A DNA stretch of 64,000 bases from Candidatus Saccharimonadota bacterium (GTDB taxonomy: Bacteria > Patescibacteriota > Saccharimonadia > CAILAD01 > BJGX01). This document shows positions 28,597 through 38,792 of the stretch, piece after piece. The stretch is taken from contig JACPPH010000004.1 of assembly GCA_016191105.1 (NCBI GenBank), positions 65,230-129,229 on the forward strand. The letters are read 5' to 3'. The notes beneath the pieces are model-generated. The model was given only the letters and a program-made list of their open reading frames with translations, did no database searches and was not told the origin of the DNA. The position numbers and the translations under genes are program-made. Position 1 is the first letter of the stretch, and the number at the start of each line of letters is the position of its first letter.

Positions 28597-29276
28597 TCTA
28601 AGGGTCGTACCCTTAGATTAAACCTCGCCTGGGTCAATGGCCAGTTCGTGCTTAATCTTATCGAGCTCATCTCGTGTCGGCTTGTATTCATCCACGAACT
28701 CGAGATAGTCTTGGTTCTCGAAAAGGTTTAAGATCCGATGGGGAAGTAACCAATCTGAGCTACATAGACCGGTATAATATGACAAGCTTGACCACTGCCA
28801 GTGCTGGTAGTCGTTGGGATTAAGATGAATATAGCGCGATATGTGGAGCAAATAACTGTCCGAGCTAATTCTAGAAGCCCGGTAACGTTGTTGAAAAACT
28901 GGCCCAATCCGTTTATAGCGATCGTTGAAATACATACCATAGGCCACACCAACGCTTTTCATTAATAACTTCATGGCATCAACGGTCTGTTGATACAGAA
29001 GGAGATGAAAATGATTAGGCATCAAGCAAAATGCCAAAAGCTCTACGGTGCCAAAGTATGTGGGGTATTGTACGCCAGCCGAATTTTTTGCTGGGGTACT
29101 GCTCAAATAGCGCTTTAGAAGCCCCACAAACACAGCATAATCTCTATCATCATTGAAAATGACTTGACGATTCACCCCACGATTATAGACGTGGTAAAAA
29201 CTCTGAGGAGCGTATTGTTTGTAAATATTCCTACCAGGCATGACGCTCATTCTAAGGGTACGACCCTTAGAATACA
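28591..29276 (-). mobile_element. IS200/IS605-family insertion sequence (tnpA only) with subterminal hairpins at both ends
   Basis: Right end has the palindrome gtttaatctaagggtcgtacccttagattaaac directly after the rnj stop. Left end has the hairpin attctaagggtacgacccttagaat at 29249-29273. Confidence 0.7.
28618..29250 (-). CDS. tnpA: IS200-like Y1 (HUH) transposase TnpA / REP-associated tyrosine transposase-like
   Basis: HFHLLL (HuH) motif, conserved Y in YKRIGPVFQQRY, and N-terminus MPGRNIYKQYAPQSFYHVYNRG. The 310-aa table ORF is trimmed to the start after the left-end hairpin. Confidence 0.75.
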   Translation of the reverse strand: MSVMPGRNIYKQYAPQSFYHVYNRGVNRQVIFNDDRDYAVFVGLLKRYLSSTPAKNSAGVQYPTYFGTVELLAFCLMPNHFHLLLYQQTVDAMKLLMKSVGVAYGMYFNDRYKRIGPVFQQRYRASRISSDSYLLHISRYIHLNPNDYQHWQWSSLSYYTGLCSSDWLLPHRILNLFENQDYLEFVDEYKPTRDELDKIKHELAIDPGEV

Positions 29277-29476
29277 AGCATGATAGTTTTGGTTGAGAAT
29301 AATAGGTGTTCTCTAGCCAATAATTAGCCGGCGCGGCTTGACAAGCCATATTAGTTATGGTAAGTTCCAATTGACAGGAAGGCCAAAATCTAGCCTTCGT
29401 GCCGTAGCTTGCAGGTTGATAGAAGGGAGTTAGCACTGACGAGATAGCGACAAAAGCGAAACGAAAGGACGATCCC

Positions 29477-29680
29477 ATGGAGGTTAACTGGAGAAACACC
29501 AGCGGAAGCCGCCGCGAACACGACAGGGTTGCCAGTCTGAGTACCGACAAGATCGAGGGGCGACTGTCCCGACTTCACAGCCCCGACGGGCGTAGGTCAC
29601 CGTACGGCATTACAACTGCCGACGAAGAAGAGGCGCTCCTGTCTGAGCTCGACGCTCGCAGGTACCCCAACGTCGAGTGA
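29477..29680 (+). CDS. Hypothetical 67-aa protein in small high-GC island J
   Basis: High-GC ORF between the IS and the ABC transporter. Followed by terminator gggcagctc-aacgac-gagctgccc-TTTGCGTTTT (29743-29776). Confidence 0.3.
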   Translation: MEVNWRNTSGSRREHDRVASLSTDKIEGRLSRLHSPDGRRSPYGITTADEEEALLSELDARRYPNVE

Positions 29681-29774
29681 CACAAACCCTCACACCAACA
29701 CCAACCTCAAAAAGCAAAAAAGGCGATCAATGACGATCGCTTGGGCAGCTCAACGACGAGCTGCCCTTTGCGTT

Positions 29775-31532
29775 TTAGAGCTCGATTTTACCCGTGGCCG
29801 ACTGCATATCGAATAGCTTTTTGTACAAGCCATCATTTTTCATGAGTTCTTCATGGGTACCACGCTCTTCTATTTTGCCCTTCTCGAGCACCAAAATCTC
29901 ATCGGCGTGCCGCACAGTACTCAGGCGGTGGGCGATTATGAGCGCCATCCGACCCCTCATAAGCTTTTTAAGACCATCTTGAACTAGTCGCTCACTTTCG
30001 CTATCCAATGCACTGGTAGCCTCGTCTAGGATTACTAGCTGTGGGTCTTTAAGTATAGCCCTGGCAATGGCCACTCGCTGCTTCTGTCCACCACTAAGCT
30101 TTATGCCGCGTTCGCCGACTAGCGTGTCGTAGCCACTTGGTAATTCAGATATAAATTCTTTGGCATGGGCTTGTTCAGCCGCTGTATAAATAGCTTCTTT
30201 CTTTGCGTGTGGGTTACCAATTGCCAGATTATCTTTCAGCGATGTGTTGAATAGGGTTACGTCTTGCATGACCATGCCCATATGTTTTCGGATTGATTCT
30301 TGGGTAAAGCTATCAATATTGCCACCATTTATTTCTATCTGGCCAGAGGTAGGTTCATAGAACCGAAGCAGCAATTTGGTAATCGTACTCTTACCAACGC
30401 CCGATGGGCCGACTAAGGCTACAGTTTTTCCAGGAGCAATAGAGAAGTTTAGATTCTTAACGGCACCCTTCTTGCCCTTTTTGTAGTCGAAACTAACATT
30501 TTTGAACTCGATGGAATCTAGGCTCTCTAGGTCTTTGGCATTGGCTTTGTCTTCTAGGGTTGGCTTGGTTTCAAATATATCCATTAGTCGACTCACATTT
30601 ACCTCAATACGGACATTGTTGTCGAAGAACCGACCAACACTTAGGGCAACACCACTTAGCTGAAGAAGATATAGTGCCACTAGAGCTACATCGCCCGGGC
30701 TATAGGCTTTGTGCAAGGCGCCAAAACCGACAATAATAATACTAATACTCATGCCAACATTGAATATGATGTCTCTAAAGAATATGTGGCGAGCCCATAT
30801 TGTTAGATACGTCTTATATTTACCCTCAGCCCTAGTGAGTTCTCGCTCATATTTTTGGTACTGCGATCCGGCCGCATTAAAAGATTTAATTACGCCGAAT
30901 TGAGAAAAAGTCTCTAACAAAATCCCACTGGCTTCTTCCTCGGCTTTTCTACCGGCCTTTTGCAGGTGTCTGGTTTTCTTTGCATTACGGATAAAGAGTA
31001 GTGTTTGAGCCGAAATGGCTAGTAGCATTACACCCACAATCGGCGGTGAGACGAAAAAGATAAACAAGAGATTGATAACGGTTTGGCTAACTCCTCCCAA
31101 TAAACCCCAGCTAAAGTTCCCAATCCAACTGATAATACCGTTAACACCGGAGATTATCTTGTTAGAAAGTGCCCCGCTCTTTTCCTGCTCAAAAAAGTCT
31201 AGTGAAAGAGATGACAGTTTTTGAAAAACCTGTCTACCAAGTATTTTCTCGAGCCGATAGTACAATCCTTCGTTTACTCTCCATTGGACAGTCTCGAAGA
31301 AACTAGAAAAAACACTTATTAATATCAGTAAAATGCCTAAAAATATTAATGCCTGGAGGGTGGAGACATTCGGCGCAAGACCAGATAGGCCAGCAACTCG
31401 ATTTATTATTAACTTAAGAACCTGTGGACGCAGAGCGTTGAGAATAGATGCAATAACACTTAAAGTAATCAGCACTGCCATGTAGCGCCGTAAATAAGGG
31501 ATTAGCTTCAGTCCTTTTCGGATGTTTTTCAT
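29775..31532 (-). CDS. ABC transporter, fused permease/ATP-binding exporter (MsbA-like)
   Basis: Six TM segments in the N-terminus, Walker A GPSGVGKST, signature LSGGQKQR, Walker B ILDEATSALD. Confidence 0.88.
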   Translation of the reverse strand: MKNIRKGLKLIPYLRRYMAVLITLSVIASILNALRPQVLKLIINRVAGLSGLAPNVSTLQALIFLGILLILISVFSSFFETVQWRVNEGLYYRLEKILGRQVFQKLSSLSLDFFEQEKSGALSNKIISGVNGIISWIGNFSWGLLGGVSQTVINLLFIFFVSPPIVGVMLLAISAQTLLFIRNAKKTRHLQKAGRKAEEEASGILLETFSQFGVIKSFNAAGSQYQKYERELTRAEGKYKTYLTIWARHIFFRDIIFNVGMSISIIIVGFGALHKAYSPGDVALVALYLLQLSGVALSVGRFFDNNVRIEVNVSRLMDIFETKPTLEDKANAKDLESLDSIEFKNVSFDYKKGKKGAVKNLNFSIAPGKTVALVGPSGVGKSTITKLLLRFYEPTSGQIEINGGNIDSFTQESIRKHMGMVMQDVTLFNTSLKDNLAIGNPHAKKEAIYTAAEQAHAKEFISELPSGYDTLVGERGIKLSGGQKQRVAIARAILKDPQLVILDEATSALDSESERLVQDGLKKLMRGRMALIIAHRLSTVRHADEILVLEKGKIEERGTHEELMKNDGLYKKLFDMQSATGKIEL

Positions 31533-31809
31533 AAGAGGTTTATTGTATCTGGAAAACTAATATTTGACAAGGCTATTTTTTATGTTTTGGTTGTGCTATA
31601 ATAGACAGCAACAAGTACAGTTTTGTTGTTCGAGGCTAGTGCCAACAACTACAACAAGCCAAAGTTCTCATTTCATTCGAACCATAGGGCCTAAAACCAC
31701 TAGCATTATTTAGCCAAGTGTGGTATAATATACATCATGCTCAAGTAATTGAGTATTTTAATCAGGTTAGTATCTGTTACGTCAGCGACCAGGAGGGTAT
31801 AATAGCGCT

Positions 31810-33969
31810 ATGGTGCGAAAGAAGCACAAAAAGAAACCAGCTAAGCTCCAAAAAGGCAAAAAGCTTAACAAAAAAGAGCAGCAAGAAAAGGCTGAAGCTC
31901 AAGCTGAGCTTAAGCGCTCGATAGTACGCGAGATAGTTGCCATTATTTTGATTGCTTTGGCAGTCTTTTTACTGCTGGCCAGCTTTGGTTTGGCGGCCAC
32001 TGCAGGCGCTTGGATTCTGGGAGCTATTAAGGTGGTGATTGGCTTAAGTGCCTATGTCTTGCCGCTCACATTATTATTGACGGCCTGGGTGCTGTTCTTG
32101 CCCGAAAAGTATCAGCTCAGGGGCTATAACATATTGGGTCAAATGGCGTTTTATGTGTTTTTGAGTAGCATATTTGCCTTTATATTTAAATCGAACAGTC
32201 CGGACATAACTGTTTTGGCCAACCAGGGTGGCTTGGTGGGCTATGGTTTGTACGCGCTAATGTCACCAGTGCTAAACCAGTGGGTGGCGATCTTTATCCT
32301 CAGCGCATTATTAACTATCAGCATTGTGATTGCCGCTAATGCCCGACTCAAGGACATAATTATCAAGACTTTGTCGCTATTTGGCTTGCGTCGCAAGGAT
32401 GGCGAAGATGGCAACGAAGAAACCGAACCAAAATTCCAAATTAATACCAAACTACCCATAAAGGGCACGATTGGCAACGAAGACCAAGACCAGCCCAAAG
32501 AGAAAGAGGAGGCCTTAACTGGTGCGCTTGACAAAGACTGGAAATACCCAAGCTTGGATTTACTAGAAGAGGGTGGTAGCAAGGCCGACGCCGGCGACGT
32601 TAAGGCCAATGCCAAGCTTATACAAGACACCTTGGCTCACTTTGGTATCGATGTATCGATGGCCGATGTAAATATTGGCCCCACGGTTGCTCAATACAGT
32701 CTTAAGCCACCAACCGGTGTTAAGTTGAACAAGATTACTACCCTAGACCGAGACCTAGCCCTAGCCCTAGCTCAGCACCCAATCCGCATTGAGGCACCAA
32801 TTCCAGGCAAGAGCTTGGTCGGCATAGAGGTTCCAAACAAGAAGGTGGCCATGGTGCGCCTGCGCGACATTTTGGCTAGCAAAGATATGGATCAATACAA
32901 GTCCAGACTGGATTTTGTGTTGGGTCGTGATGTATCGGGCGAGATTGTGGTGGCCGATCTCAACAAGATGCCACACTTGCTGATAGCTGGTGCTACCGGC
33001 GCCGGTAAGAGCGTTACCATAAGTGCGCTAATTGCCAGCCTGCTGTATCGCAATAGTCCGAGTGAGCTTAAGCTCATATTGGTCGACCCTAAGCGCGTCG
33101 AGATGACCCCTTACAACGATATCCCGCACTTATTAACACCGGTAATAACTGAGCCCGATAAAACTATCAGCTCACTCAAGTGGGCGGTTGCCGAGATGGA
33201 GCGCCGTTATAAATTATTCTCAGAAACCGCCAACAAGAACATCTCTGAATACAACTCTAGTAATCGTGAAGATGCCATGCCATTCATTGTAATTTTAATT
33301 GATGAGTTGGCCGACCTAATGATGGTGGCTGCCAAAGAGGTTGAGGGTTTGATTGTGCGCTTGGCTCAGATGGGCCGGGCGGCTGGTATGCACTTGGTGC
33401 TGGCCACCCAGCGCCCGGATGTCAATGTGATTACGGGTATAATTAAGGCCAACATACCAAGCCGAATTGCTTTGCGCACCGCCAGCCAGATAGACTCACG
33501 CACCATTCTAGACCAAGCTGGAGCCGAGAAGCTGATTGGCAATGGTGACATGTTGTTTGTGAATGCCGAACTCACTAAGCCTAAGCGTATTCAAGGCGTC
33601 TATATAGCCAATAAAGAAACTGAGAATCTAGCCAAATTCTTACGCGAACAGCGAGCTGCTGAATACAACGAAGAGGTGACTGCTCAAGCTGTAAAGATGC
33701 CGGGTAGCCCTGGCAGCCTAGAGAGTGCCGATGATGACATGTTTGAGCAGGCCGCAGAGGTGGTGATACAGAATAGCAAGGCCAGCGCTAGCTTATTGCA
33801 GCGACGCCTGAGGGTAGGGTATGCCCGTGCCGCTCGGCTAATAGACTTACTTGAAGAACGGGGTGTTGTTGGTCCACCCGATGGCGCTAGGCCACGCGAA
33901 GTTTTGGTTTCAGATATTTCTGATCTTATGGGCGGAAGCTTGGGCGGAGGCGAGGAACAGCCTAAGTGA
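31810..33969 (+). CDS. ftsK: DNA translocase FtsK
   Basis: N-terminal TM segments, motor domain (GATGAGKSV, Walker B VILIDELADL), C-terminal gamma wHTH. Confidence 0.9.
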   Translation: MVRKKHKKKPAKLQKGKKLNKKEQQEKAEAQAELKRSIVREIVAIILIALAVFLLLASFGLAATAGAWILGAIKVVIGLSAYVLPLTLLLTAWVLFLPEKYQLRGYNILGQMAFYVFLSSIFAFIFKSNSPDITVLANQGGLVGYGLYALMSPVLNQWVAIFILSALLTISIVIAANARLKDIIIKTLSLFGLRRKDGEDGNEETEPKFQINTKLPIKGTIGNEDQDQPKEKEEALTGALDKDWKYPSLDLLEEGGSKADAGDVKANAKLIQDTLAHFGIDVSMADVNIGPTVAQYSLKPPTGVKLNKITTLDRDLALALAQHPIRIEAPIPGKSLVGIEVPNKKVAMVRLRDILASKDMDQYKSRLDFVLGRDVSGEIVVADLNKMPHLLIAGATGAGKSVTISALIASLLYRNSPSELKLILVDPKRVEMTPYNDIPHLLTPVITEPDKTISSLKWAVAEMERRYKLFSETANKNISEYNSSNREDAMPFIVILIDELADLMMVAAKEVEGLIVRLAQMGRAAGMHLVLATQRPDVNVITGIIKANIPSRIALRTASQIDSRTILDQAGAEKLIGNGDMLFVNAELTKPKRIQGVYIANKETENLAKFLREQRAAEYNEEVTAQAVKMPGSPGSLESADDDMFEQAAEVVIQNSKASASLLQRRLRVGYARAARLIDLLEERGVVGPPDGARPREVLVSDISDLMGGSLGGGEEQPK

Positions 33970-35009
33970 GCGATGAACAGCTTAAAGAATCGGCGAAAGG
34001 CACCGACTCGCCGGCCAAGATTTCATTACATGTGGCTTTGCCGGAGCTACTGCAAAAACGCCGCAATGAGCTGGGCTATAGCTTAAAAGACGTCGAAAAA
34101 GCCATAAATGTTCGCGAGATTTACCTGGGTCAAATTGAAGCCGGTGATTACGACAAACTACCCGACGATGTCTACGCCAAGGGATACGTTAAAAACTATG
34201 CTGACTACTTAGGATTCGATACTAAGCCGATCATGCAGCTTTACACAAATGAACGTGTGGCTCACAAACAAGCCTCGGCCGACTCGCATAGCCGGCAAAA
34301 GTCATCGGGCTTTAACCTTAAGCCAATTGGTAGCGGGGCGGTTGTAGTTACTCCCAAGGCCATCGCTATACTGATAGGCGTGGCTACCTTTGTTATTGCT
34401 GCTGGCTATATATTGTGGCAGTTTGTGCTATTGGCGGCGCCACCCAAGATTAACCTAAATTCACAGATCCCAGGCACGGTTAACACCAGCTATATAATTG
34501 TCAGTGGCCAGATCGATGCTGGCAGTGATTTATTTATCAATAGCTCGCCGGTTCAAATTAGCCCCGACGGTAGCTTCTCGGAACGTATTGCGGTTGAGGA
34601 TGGTGATAACACCATAACTCTGATGGCGCGCAACAAGCTGGGTAAAACCAGCACTATGTCGAAAAATATTGTGGCTCGCCTGCCAAACTCAGCCAACGCC
34701 GATCTCGCGAGTCAGTTACCAGCCAACCCAGTCGACGGGGTGCAGATTGTTATAAAGGTAAATAAGCAAGCCACCTGGATTGTGGCTAAGGCTGACGGGC
34801 AAGATGCTTTTCACGGCACCATGCTACCGGGCTCCCAGCAGCTTATAAAAGCCAAGCAGAGCATAACTCTTACTACCGGTAATGGCGGCGCCACCAGTGT
34901 GGTTATCACCAACTCATCGGTAGCCCGCAAGAACCTTGGCCAACTTGGCAGAGATGGTGAGGCCAAGATTGATTTAACATTTAACAAAGACACCCAGTTT
35001 AGCCAGTAG
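33966..35009 (+). CDS. RodZ-like cytoskeleton protein (HTH, TM, DUF4115-like C-terminus)
   Basis: N-terminal Cro/C1-type HTH, one TM helix, beta-rich C-terminal domain. Confidence 0.6.
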   Translation: MSDEQLKESAKGTDSPAKISLHVALPELLQKRRNELGYSLKDVEKAINVREIYLGQIEAGDYDKLPDDVYAKGYVKNYADYLGFDTKPIMQLYTNERVAHKQASADSHSRQKSSGFNLKPIGSGAVVVTPKAIAILIGVATFVIAAGYILWQFVLLAAPPKINLNSQIPGTVNTSYIIVSGQIDAGSDLFINSSPVQISPDGSFSERIAVEDGDNTITLMARNKLGKTSTMSKNIVARLPNSANADLASQLPANPVDGVQIVIKVNKQATWIVAKADGQDAFHGTMLPGSQQLIKAKQSITLTTGNGGATSVVITNSSVARKNLGQLGRDGEAKIDLTFNKDTQFSQ

Positions 35010-35079
35010 TGCTTTACAGTATAGTTTTGAGCTGGTTAAATACCAATTAGGCTTTGTTCGTCGAAAACCTGGAGGAACC

Positions 35080-35400
35080 ATGGACAACAGCACTGCATCA
35101 GACCGGGTCCGTAGCTCGAGAGACCAACTGGTCAGATATCTTGAGGAACTTGGTGGCTATTCGGAGCAGCAACTAATCCAACTGATTGGGACCTGTGGAA
35201 CCAATCACCAACATCGAGCTAGCTGTGATAGGCACTTCTATCTGATCAAGCACCTCATCCACTGGCTTAAGTTTGGGCCCGTCTGGGTTCGAATCGACAG
35301 CCCGACCGGCCTAAGGTTCGCGCTGCCCGGGCCGAAGTACGAGATGTCGTGGTGGCAGATGGACTGGCCCGAGGGCATTCGGGTTTACTGCGAGGGCTAG
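35080..35400 (+). CDS. Hypothetical protein, high-GC island H
   Basis: GGAGG Shine-Dalgarno 5 nt upstream. Followed by a perfect 13-bp hairpin gcgtccgctgggg-aa-ccccagcggacgc (35413-35440). Confidence 0.35.
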   Translation: MDNSTASDRVRSSRDQLVRYLEELGGYSEQQLIQLIGTCGTNHQHRASCDRHFYLIKHLIHWLKFGPVWVRIDSPTGLRFALPGPKYEMSWWQMDWPEGIRVYCEG

Positions 35401-35594
35401 ACGTGCAAGGCCGCGTCCGCTGGGGAACCCCAGCGGACGCAGGCATGTTATTTACAGTGTAATATTTTTGCTTTACGCCCTCATTCAAACCTGATTAAAT
35501 AAGAGTACTAAAAATTTGCGAGAAAAAGTGTTGACATGTACGTTTCTTGTTCGGTACACTATCATTGAACATAATACGAACAAGGAGAAAGCCA

Positions 35595-36671
35595 ATGCCA
35601 ACAGCAACACCAGTAAAACAAGAAGGAAAGACCGAAATTATGGACAAGCCAAAAGCCAGTAGGAGTAGCTCAGATTCAGTCAGCAGCTCGGAACGAAAAT
35701 CTCGAATTAAAGCTGTAGATCTGGCTGTTGAACAAATCGAGCGCCAATTTGGCAAAGGCTCAATCATGAAGTTGGGTGAGGGGATGCAGGTTGCGGTTGA
35801 GACAATCCCAACTGGCAGCTTATCACTAGACCTTGCCTTGGGGGGAGGCATACCGCAGGGTCGAATTGTAGAAATTTATGGTCCAGAATCGAGCGGTAAA
35901 ACCACGTTGGCCTTGCACTCTGTTGCTGAGGTTCAAAACAGGGGTGGCTTGGCAGCTTTTATCGATGCCGAACATGCCTTGGATCCTGAATATGCCGCCA
36001 AAATCGGCGTTAATCTAGACGACTTATTAATATCGCAACCCGACACGGGCGAACAGGCCTTGGAGATTTGTGAGACCTTAGTGCGTTCTAGTGCTGTCGA
36101 CGTGGTAGTGGTTGACTCTGTCGCAGCCCTAGTGCCACGAGCCGAAATAGAGGGCGAGATGGGCGACAGCCACATGGGCTTACAGGCTCGTTTAATGAGC
36201 CAAGCTTTGCGCAAACTTACTGGTGTTATCGCCAAATCTAACACCACCGTTATCTTCATCAACCAGCTACGCATGAAGATTGGTGTGATGTTTGGTAATC
36301 CAGAGGTAACAGCTGGCGGTAATGCTCTTAAGTACTACTCGTCGGTGCGTCTCGACATTCGTCGTACAGAGCAAATTAAAGATGGTGATAACATTATTGG
36401 TAACCATGTAAAAGTAAAGGTTGTTAAGAATAAGATTGCTGCGCCATTTAGAATTGCCGAGTTTGATATTATGTACAACCAAGGCATTAGCAAGGCCGGC
36501 GACATGGTAGATCTAGCCGTCAAACACGGCTTAGTCGAAAAGGCCGGTGCCTGGTATGCCTACAAGGGTGAGAAGATTGGCCAGGGCCGTGAAGCTGCCA
36601 AGCAGTTTTTGAGCGACAATCCCAAAGTTATGAAAGAACTCGAGAAAGAGATCCGCTCTCAAGCAACTTAG
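35595..36671 (+). CDS. recA: Recombinase A
   Basis: Walker [11 protein letters not shown]1/L2 loops. AAGGAG Shine-Dalgarno 6 nt before the ATG chosen at MPTATPV. Confidence 0.95.
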   Translation: MPTATPVKQEGKTEIMDKPKASRSSSDSVSSSERKSRIKAVDLAVEQIERQFGKGSIMKLGEGMQVAVETIPTGSLSLDLALGGGIPQGRIVEIYGPESSGKTTLALHSVAEVQNRGGLAAFIDAEHALDPEYAAKIGVNLDDLLISQPDTGEQALEICETLVRSSAVDVVVVDSVAALVPRAEIEGEMGDSHMGLQARLMSQALRKLTGVIAKSNTTVIFINQLRMKIGVMFGNPEVTAGGNALKYYSSVRLDIRRTEQIKDGDNIIGNHVKVKVVKNKIAAPFRIAEFDIMYNQGISKAGDMVDLAVKHGLVEKAGAWYAYKGEKIGQGREAAKQFLSDNPKVMKELEKEIRSQAT

Positions 36672-36700
36672 AGCCAGTATTTAGCCACCTGCGAGTTGTT

Positions 36701-37315
36701 ATGCCTACTGTCACCGACATTACTCAACAAAAAAAACGTACTCAACTCTACAATATCTTTGTAGACGGTGCGTTTTTTTGTTCGCTTAGCGATCTACAAC
36801 TTAGTTTATCTGGCATTGGCATAGGGGACGAAGTTGAGCCAGATAAGCTAGCCGAGCTCAAACACTCTTCATTGTATTCTAAAACCTATGACCGAGCCTT
36901 GTATTACATAAGTTTTCGGCCACGTAGTACACACGAAGTACGCAAATACTTACAAGAGAAAATTGAAGATAGTGATCAAATAGAGCCTGTAGTTCAAAAA
37001 CTTTCTGAGCAACAATTGCTAGACGATCAGCAGTTTGCTCGCAACTGGATAGAAAACCGCAACCTGCTCAAGCCTCGTTCAAAACGACAATTGCAGCAAG
37101 AACTGCGACAAAAGGGTGTAGGCAGTGAGATCATTGAAGCTGTTTTGGCTGAGCAAAACCACGATCAAGAACTACAAAACATTCAAAAACTAATTGCTAA
37201 AAAAAGAAAAGCCAGCCGCAAGACTGATGATATGACTCTTATTTCGCACATGAGCGCACGCGGCTTTCGCTACGCCGACATCAAAGCCGTACTAGGGGCC
37301 GAGAGTGCCGGCTAG
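36701..37315 (+). CDS. recX: Regulatory protein RecX
   Basis: Position right after recA; repeated helical RecX-like modules. Confidence 0.75.
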   Translation: MPTVTDITQQKKRTQLYNIFVDGAFFCSLSDLQLSLSGIGIGDEVEPDKLAELKHSSLYSKTYDRALYYISFRPRSTHEVRKYLQEKIEDSDQIEPVVQKLSEQQLLDDQQFARNWIENRNLLKPRSKRQLQQELRQKGVGSEIIEAVLAEQNHDQELQNIQKLIAKKRKASRKTDDMTLISHMSARGFRYADIKAVLGAESAG

Positions 37316-37477
37316 CTACGCTTGAGTACGAATCTAAAAATCACGGCCGCCAGTACAACCCACAAAGCAATTACAACCACTTCACACTCCTCATTGCTAG
37401 GTATTATATTTGTTAAGCTATAATACTTCAATAGAAAAAACTTTTGTTTTTACAATCTCTGACACTCGATCTTCTTC

Positions 37478-37675
37478 GGCCGTTGCCAACGATCGGCAAG
37501 CGAAGCCATTAAGCAACGCTCTTGTTTGCGAGAATTTGGTTGTTACCAAACCGCGCTAGCCTCCAAGAAGTTTCGACTGGCTGAGCACTGCTAGACTGTA
37601 AGCATAGGCCAGGCGGTTTTGCTATCTTTTGCCAAGACAAAAGATAGTCGCCCGAAAGGGTGAAAGAATTTCAGC
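37478..37675 (+). ncRNA. Copy 3 (5' domain only) of the repeated structured non-coding element
   Basis: Aligns with copies 1 and 2 up to the gctatcttttg...caaaagatag hairpin. Confidence 0.4.
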
Positions 37676-38225
37676 TTTTGGCCGGCAACACGCTTGGGCT
37701 AGTTTTTTGCAGTTTTATGGTGCTGTCTTTAACTACAATGGTTTTGTTATCATCTTTTACATCGACAACCATATTACGATCAATAATATGAGAGGCGTAA
37801 AAAAACTGCCAAATAGAACGTGATTTTAAGTAAAGCTTAGTTGCTGTGAAATCATTAGTGCTTAAGCTAAAGTCGTTAACCCGGCCTAGTTTTTTGCTGC
37901 TTTGGGTAACTACATTGGCACCACACAACAAAAAAGGCTGCTTTATATATGGCTTGAGTCGCACTAAATCCTCGTCTTCGGCTAGATCATTTGCAGATTC
38001 TATAATTAGTTTATTGTTATCGACCAGCTTTATGTCGTGCGGCAATAGGTAGCGTGGCCTAAATTTGGTCTGCAAATGAACTTGTAACATAACGATTTTA
38101 AAGTCATCGGGGTTAACAATGAGTTTTTGCACCCGACCCAGAATACCACCGTCCTGCACGCTAAAAACAGGCAGTTGAATAATATGACTAGCTAAGTGTG
38201 GCATGCTTACAGTATACCTGGCCAA
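37671..38225 (-). CDS. PRC-barrel domain protein (two tandem PRC barrels)
   Basis: Two repeats with PRC-like beta-barrel sequence features (VQDGGILGRVQKLIVNPDD; GANVVTQSSKKLGRVNDFSLS). Confidence 0.55.
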   Translation of the reverse strand: MARYTVSMPHLASHIIQLPVFSVQDGGILGRVQKLIVNPDDFKIVMLQVHLQTKFRPRYLLPHDIKLVDNNKLIIESANDLAEDEDLVRLKPYIKQPFLLCGANVVTQSSKKLGRVNDFSLSTNDFTATKLYLKSRSIWQFFYASHIIDRNMVVDVKDDNKTIVVKDSTIKLQKTSPSVLPAKS

Positions 38226-38369
38226 CTATTTCTTTTCGAACTCTTGCGCTATCTCAAGGTAACAGCAACGCAAATGTGAAACTTCTTTACCGTGTTATTT
38301 GAATCTGGTGGGCTAAACAAAATCGCACCAAACTCGGTTAACTCCTTGCCGCACTTGTCGCAAACCGGC

Positions 38370-38792
38370 TTAATTGCCATCGTTATTTACCATATCTAAG
38401 TTTAGATTTTCATCTAAGCTAATGCCACTGAGCTTATTTATACCAACGATCGCTATAGTCGGCTGCAGCAGCTTTATCAAGGCTAATATGTTGACCTCGT
38501 GCGAAACTATTAAAGCTTGACCGTTAGCCGGCAGTTGACCGAGCAGCTTTTTGGCCAAATCTAACAAACTTTTGGCGCCGGCTGGGTCGGACGACAGCAT
38601 TAACACCGGCTCGATGGCTGGTTTTTGGCCGGTCAAAAGCCCGGCCGTAGTTTGTGTGCGTTTGGCCGGAGAGGCTACCACAATATCAAAATGGGGGAGC
38701 TTTTGCGCCAACTCCTTACAAGCACCAACACCTTGCGGTGTGAGCTCATCGCCCTCACGATCGGCATGCCGCAGTATTATTACTCGTTTCAT
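38370..38792 (-). CDS. Histidine phosphatase (SixA/PGAM family)
   Basis: N-terminal RHADRE motif, ~140 aa. Confidence 0.65.
   Translation of the reverse strand: MKRVIILRHADREGDELTPQGVGACKELAQKLPHFDIVVASPAKRTQTTAGLLTGQKPAIEPVLMLSSDPAGAKSLLDLAKKLLGQLPANGQALIVSHEVNILALIKLLQPTIAIVGINKLSGISLDENLNLDMVNNDGN

Noticed and set aside
28618-29550. Full 310-aa transposase ORF as given in the table
   Set aside because: The N-terminal 100 residues run through the IS left-end hairpin and upstream promoter. The conserved TnpA N-terminus starts at MPGRN, so the ORF was trimmed.
35285-35310. GGGTTCGAATC, a near-perfect tRNA T-loop consensus inside the island H ORF
   Set aside because: No 5-bp T-stem can be formed around it, and no acceptor, D or anticodon arms fit in the flanking 80 nt. 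Judged a chance match within coding sequence.
37640-37670. AGGGTGAAAG in copy 3 of the repeat, resembling the RNase P RNA CR-II motif
   Set aside because: The other RNase P conserved regions (GGAAAGUCCGGGCUCC, ACAGAAnCCGGCUUA) are absent, and copies 1 and 2 do not carry the string.
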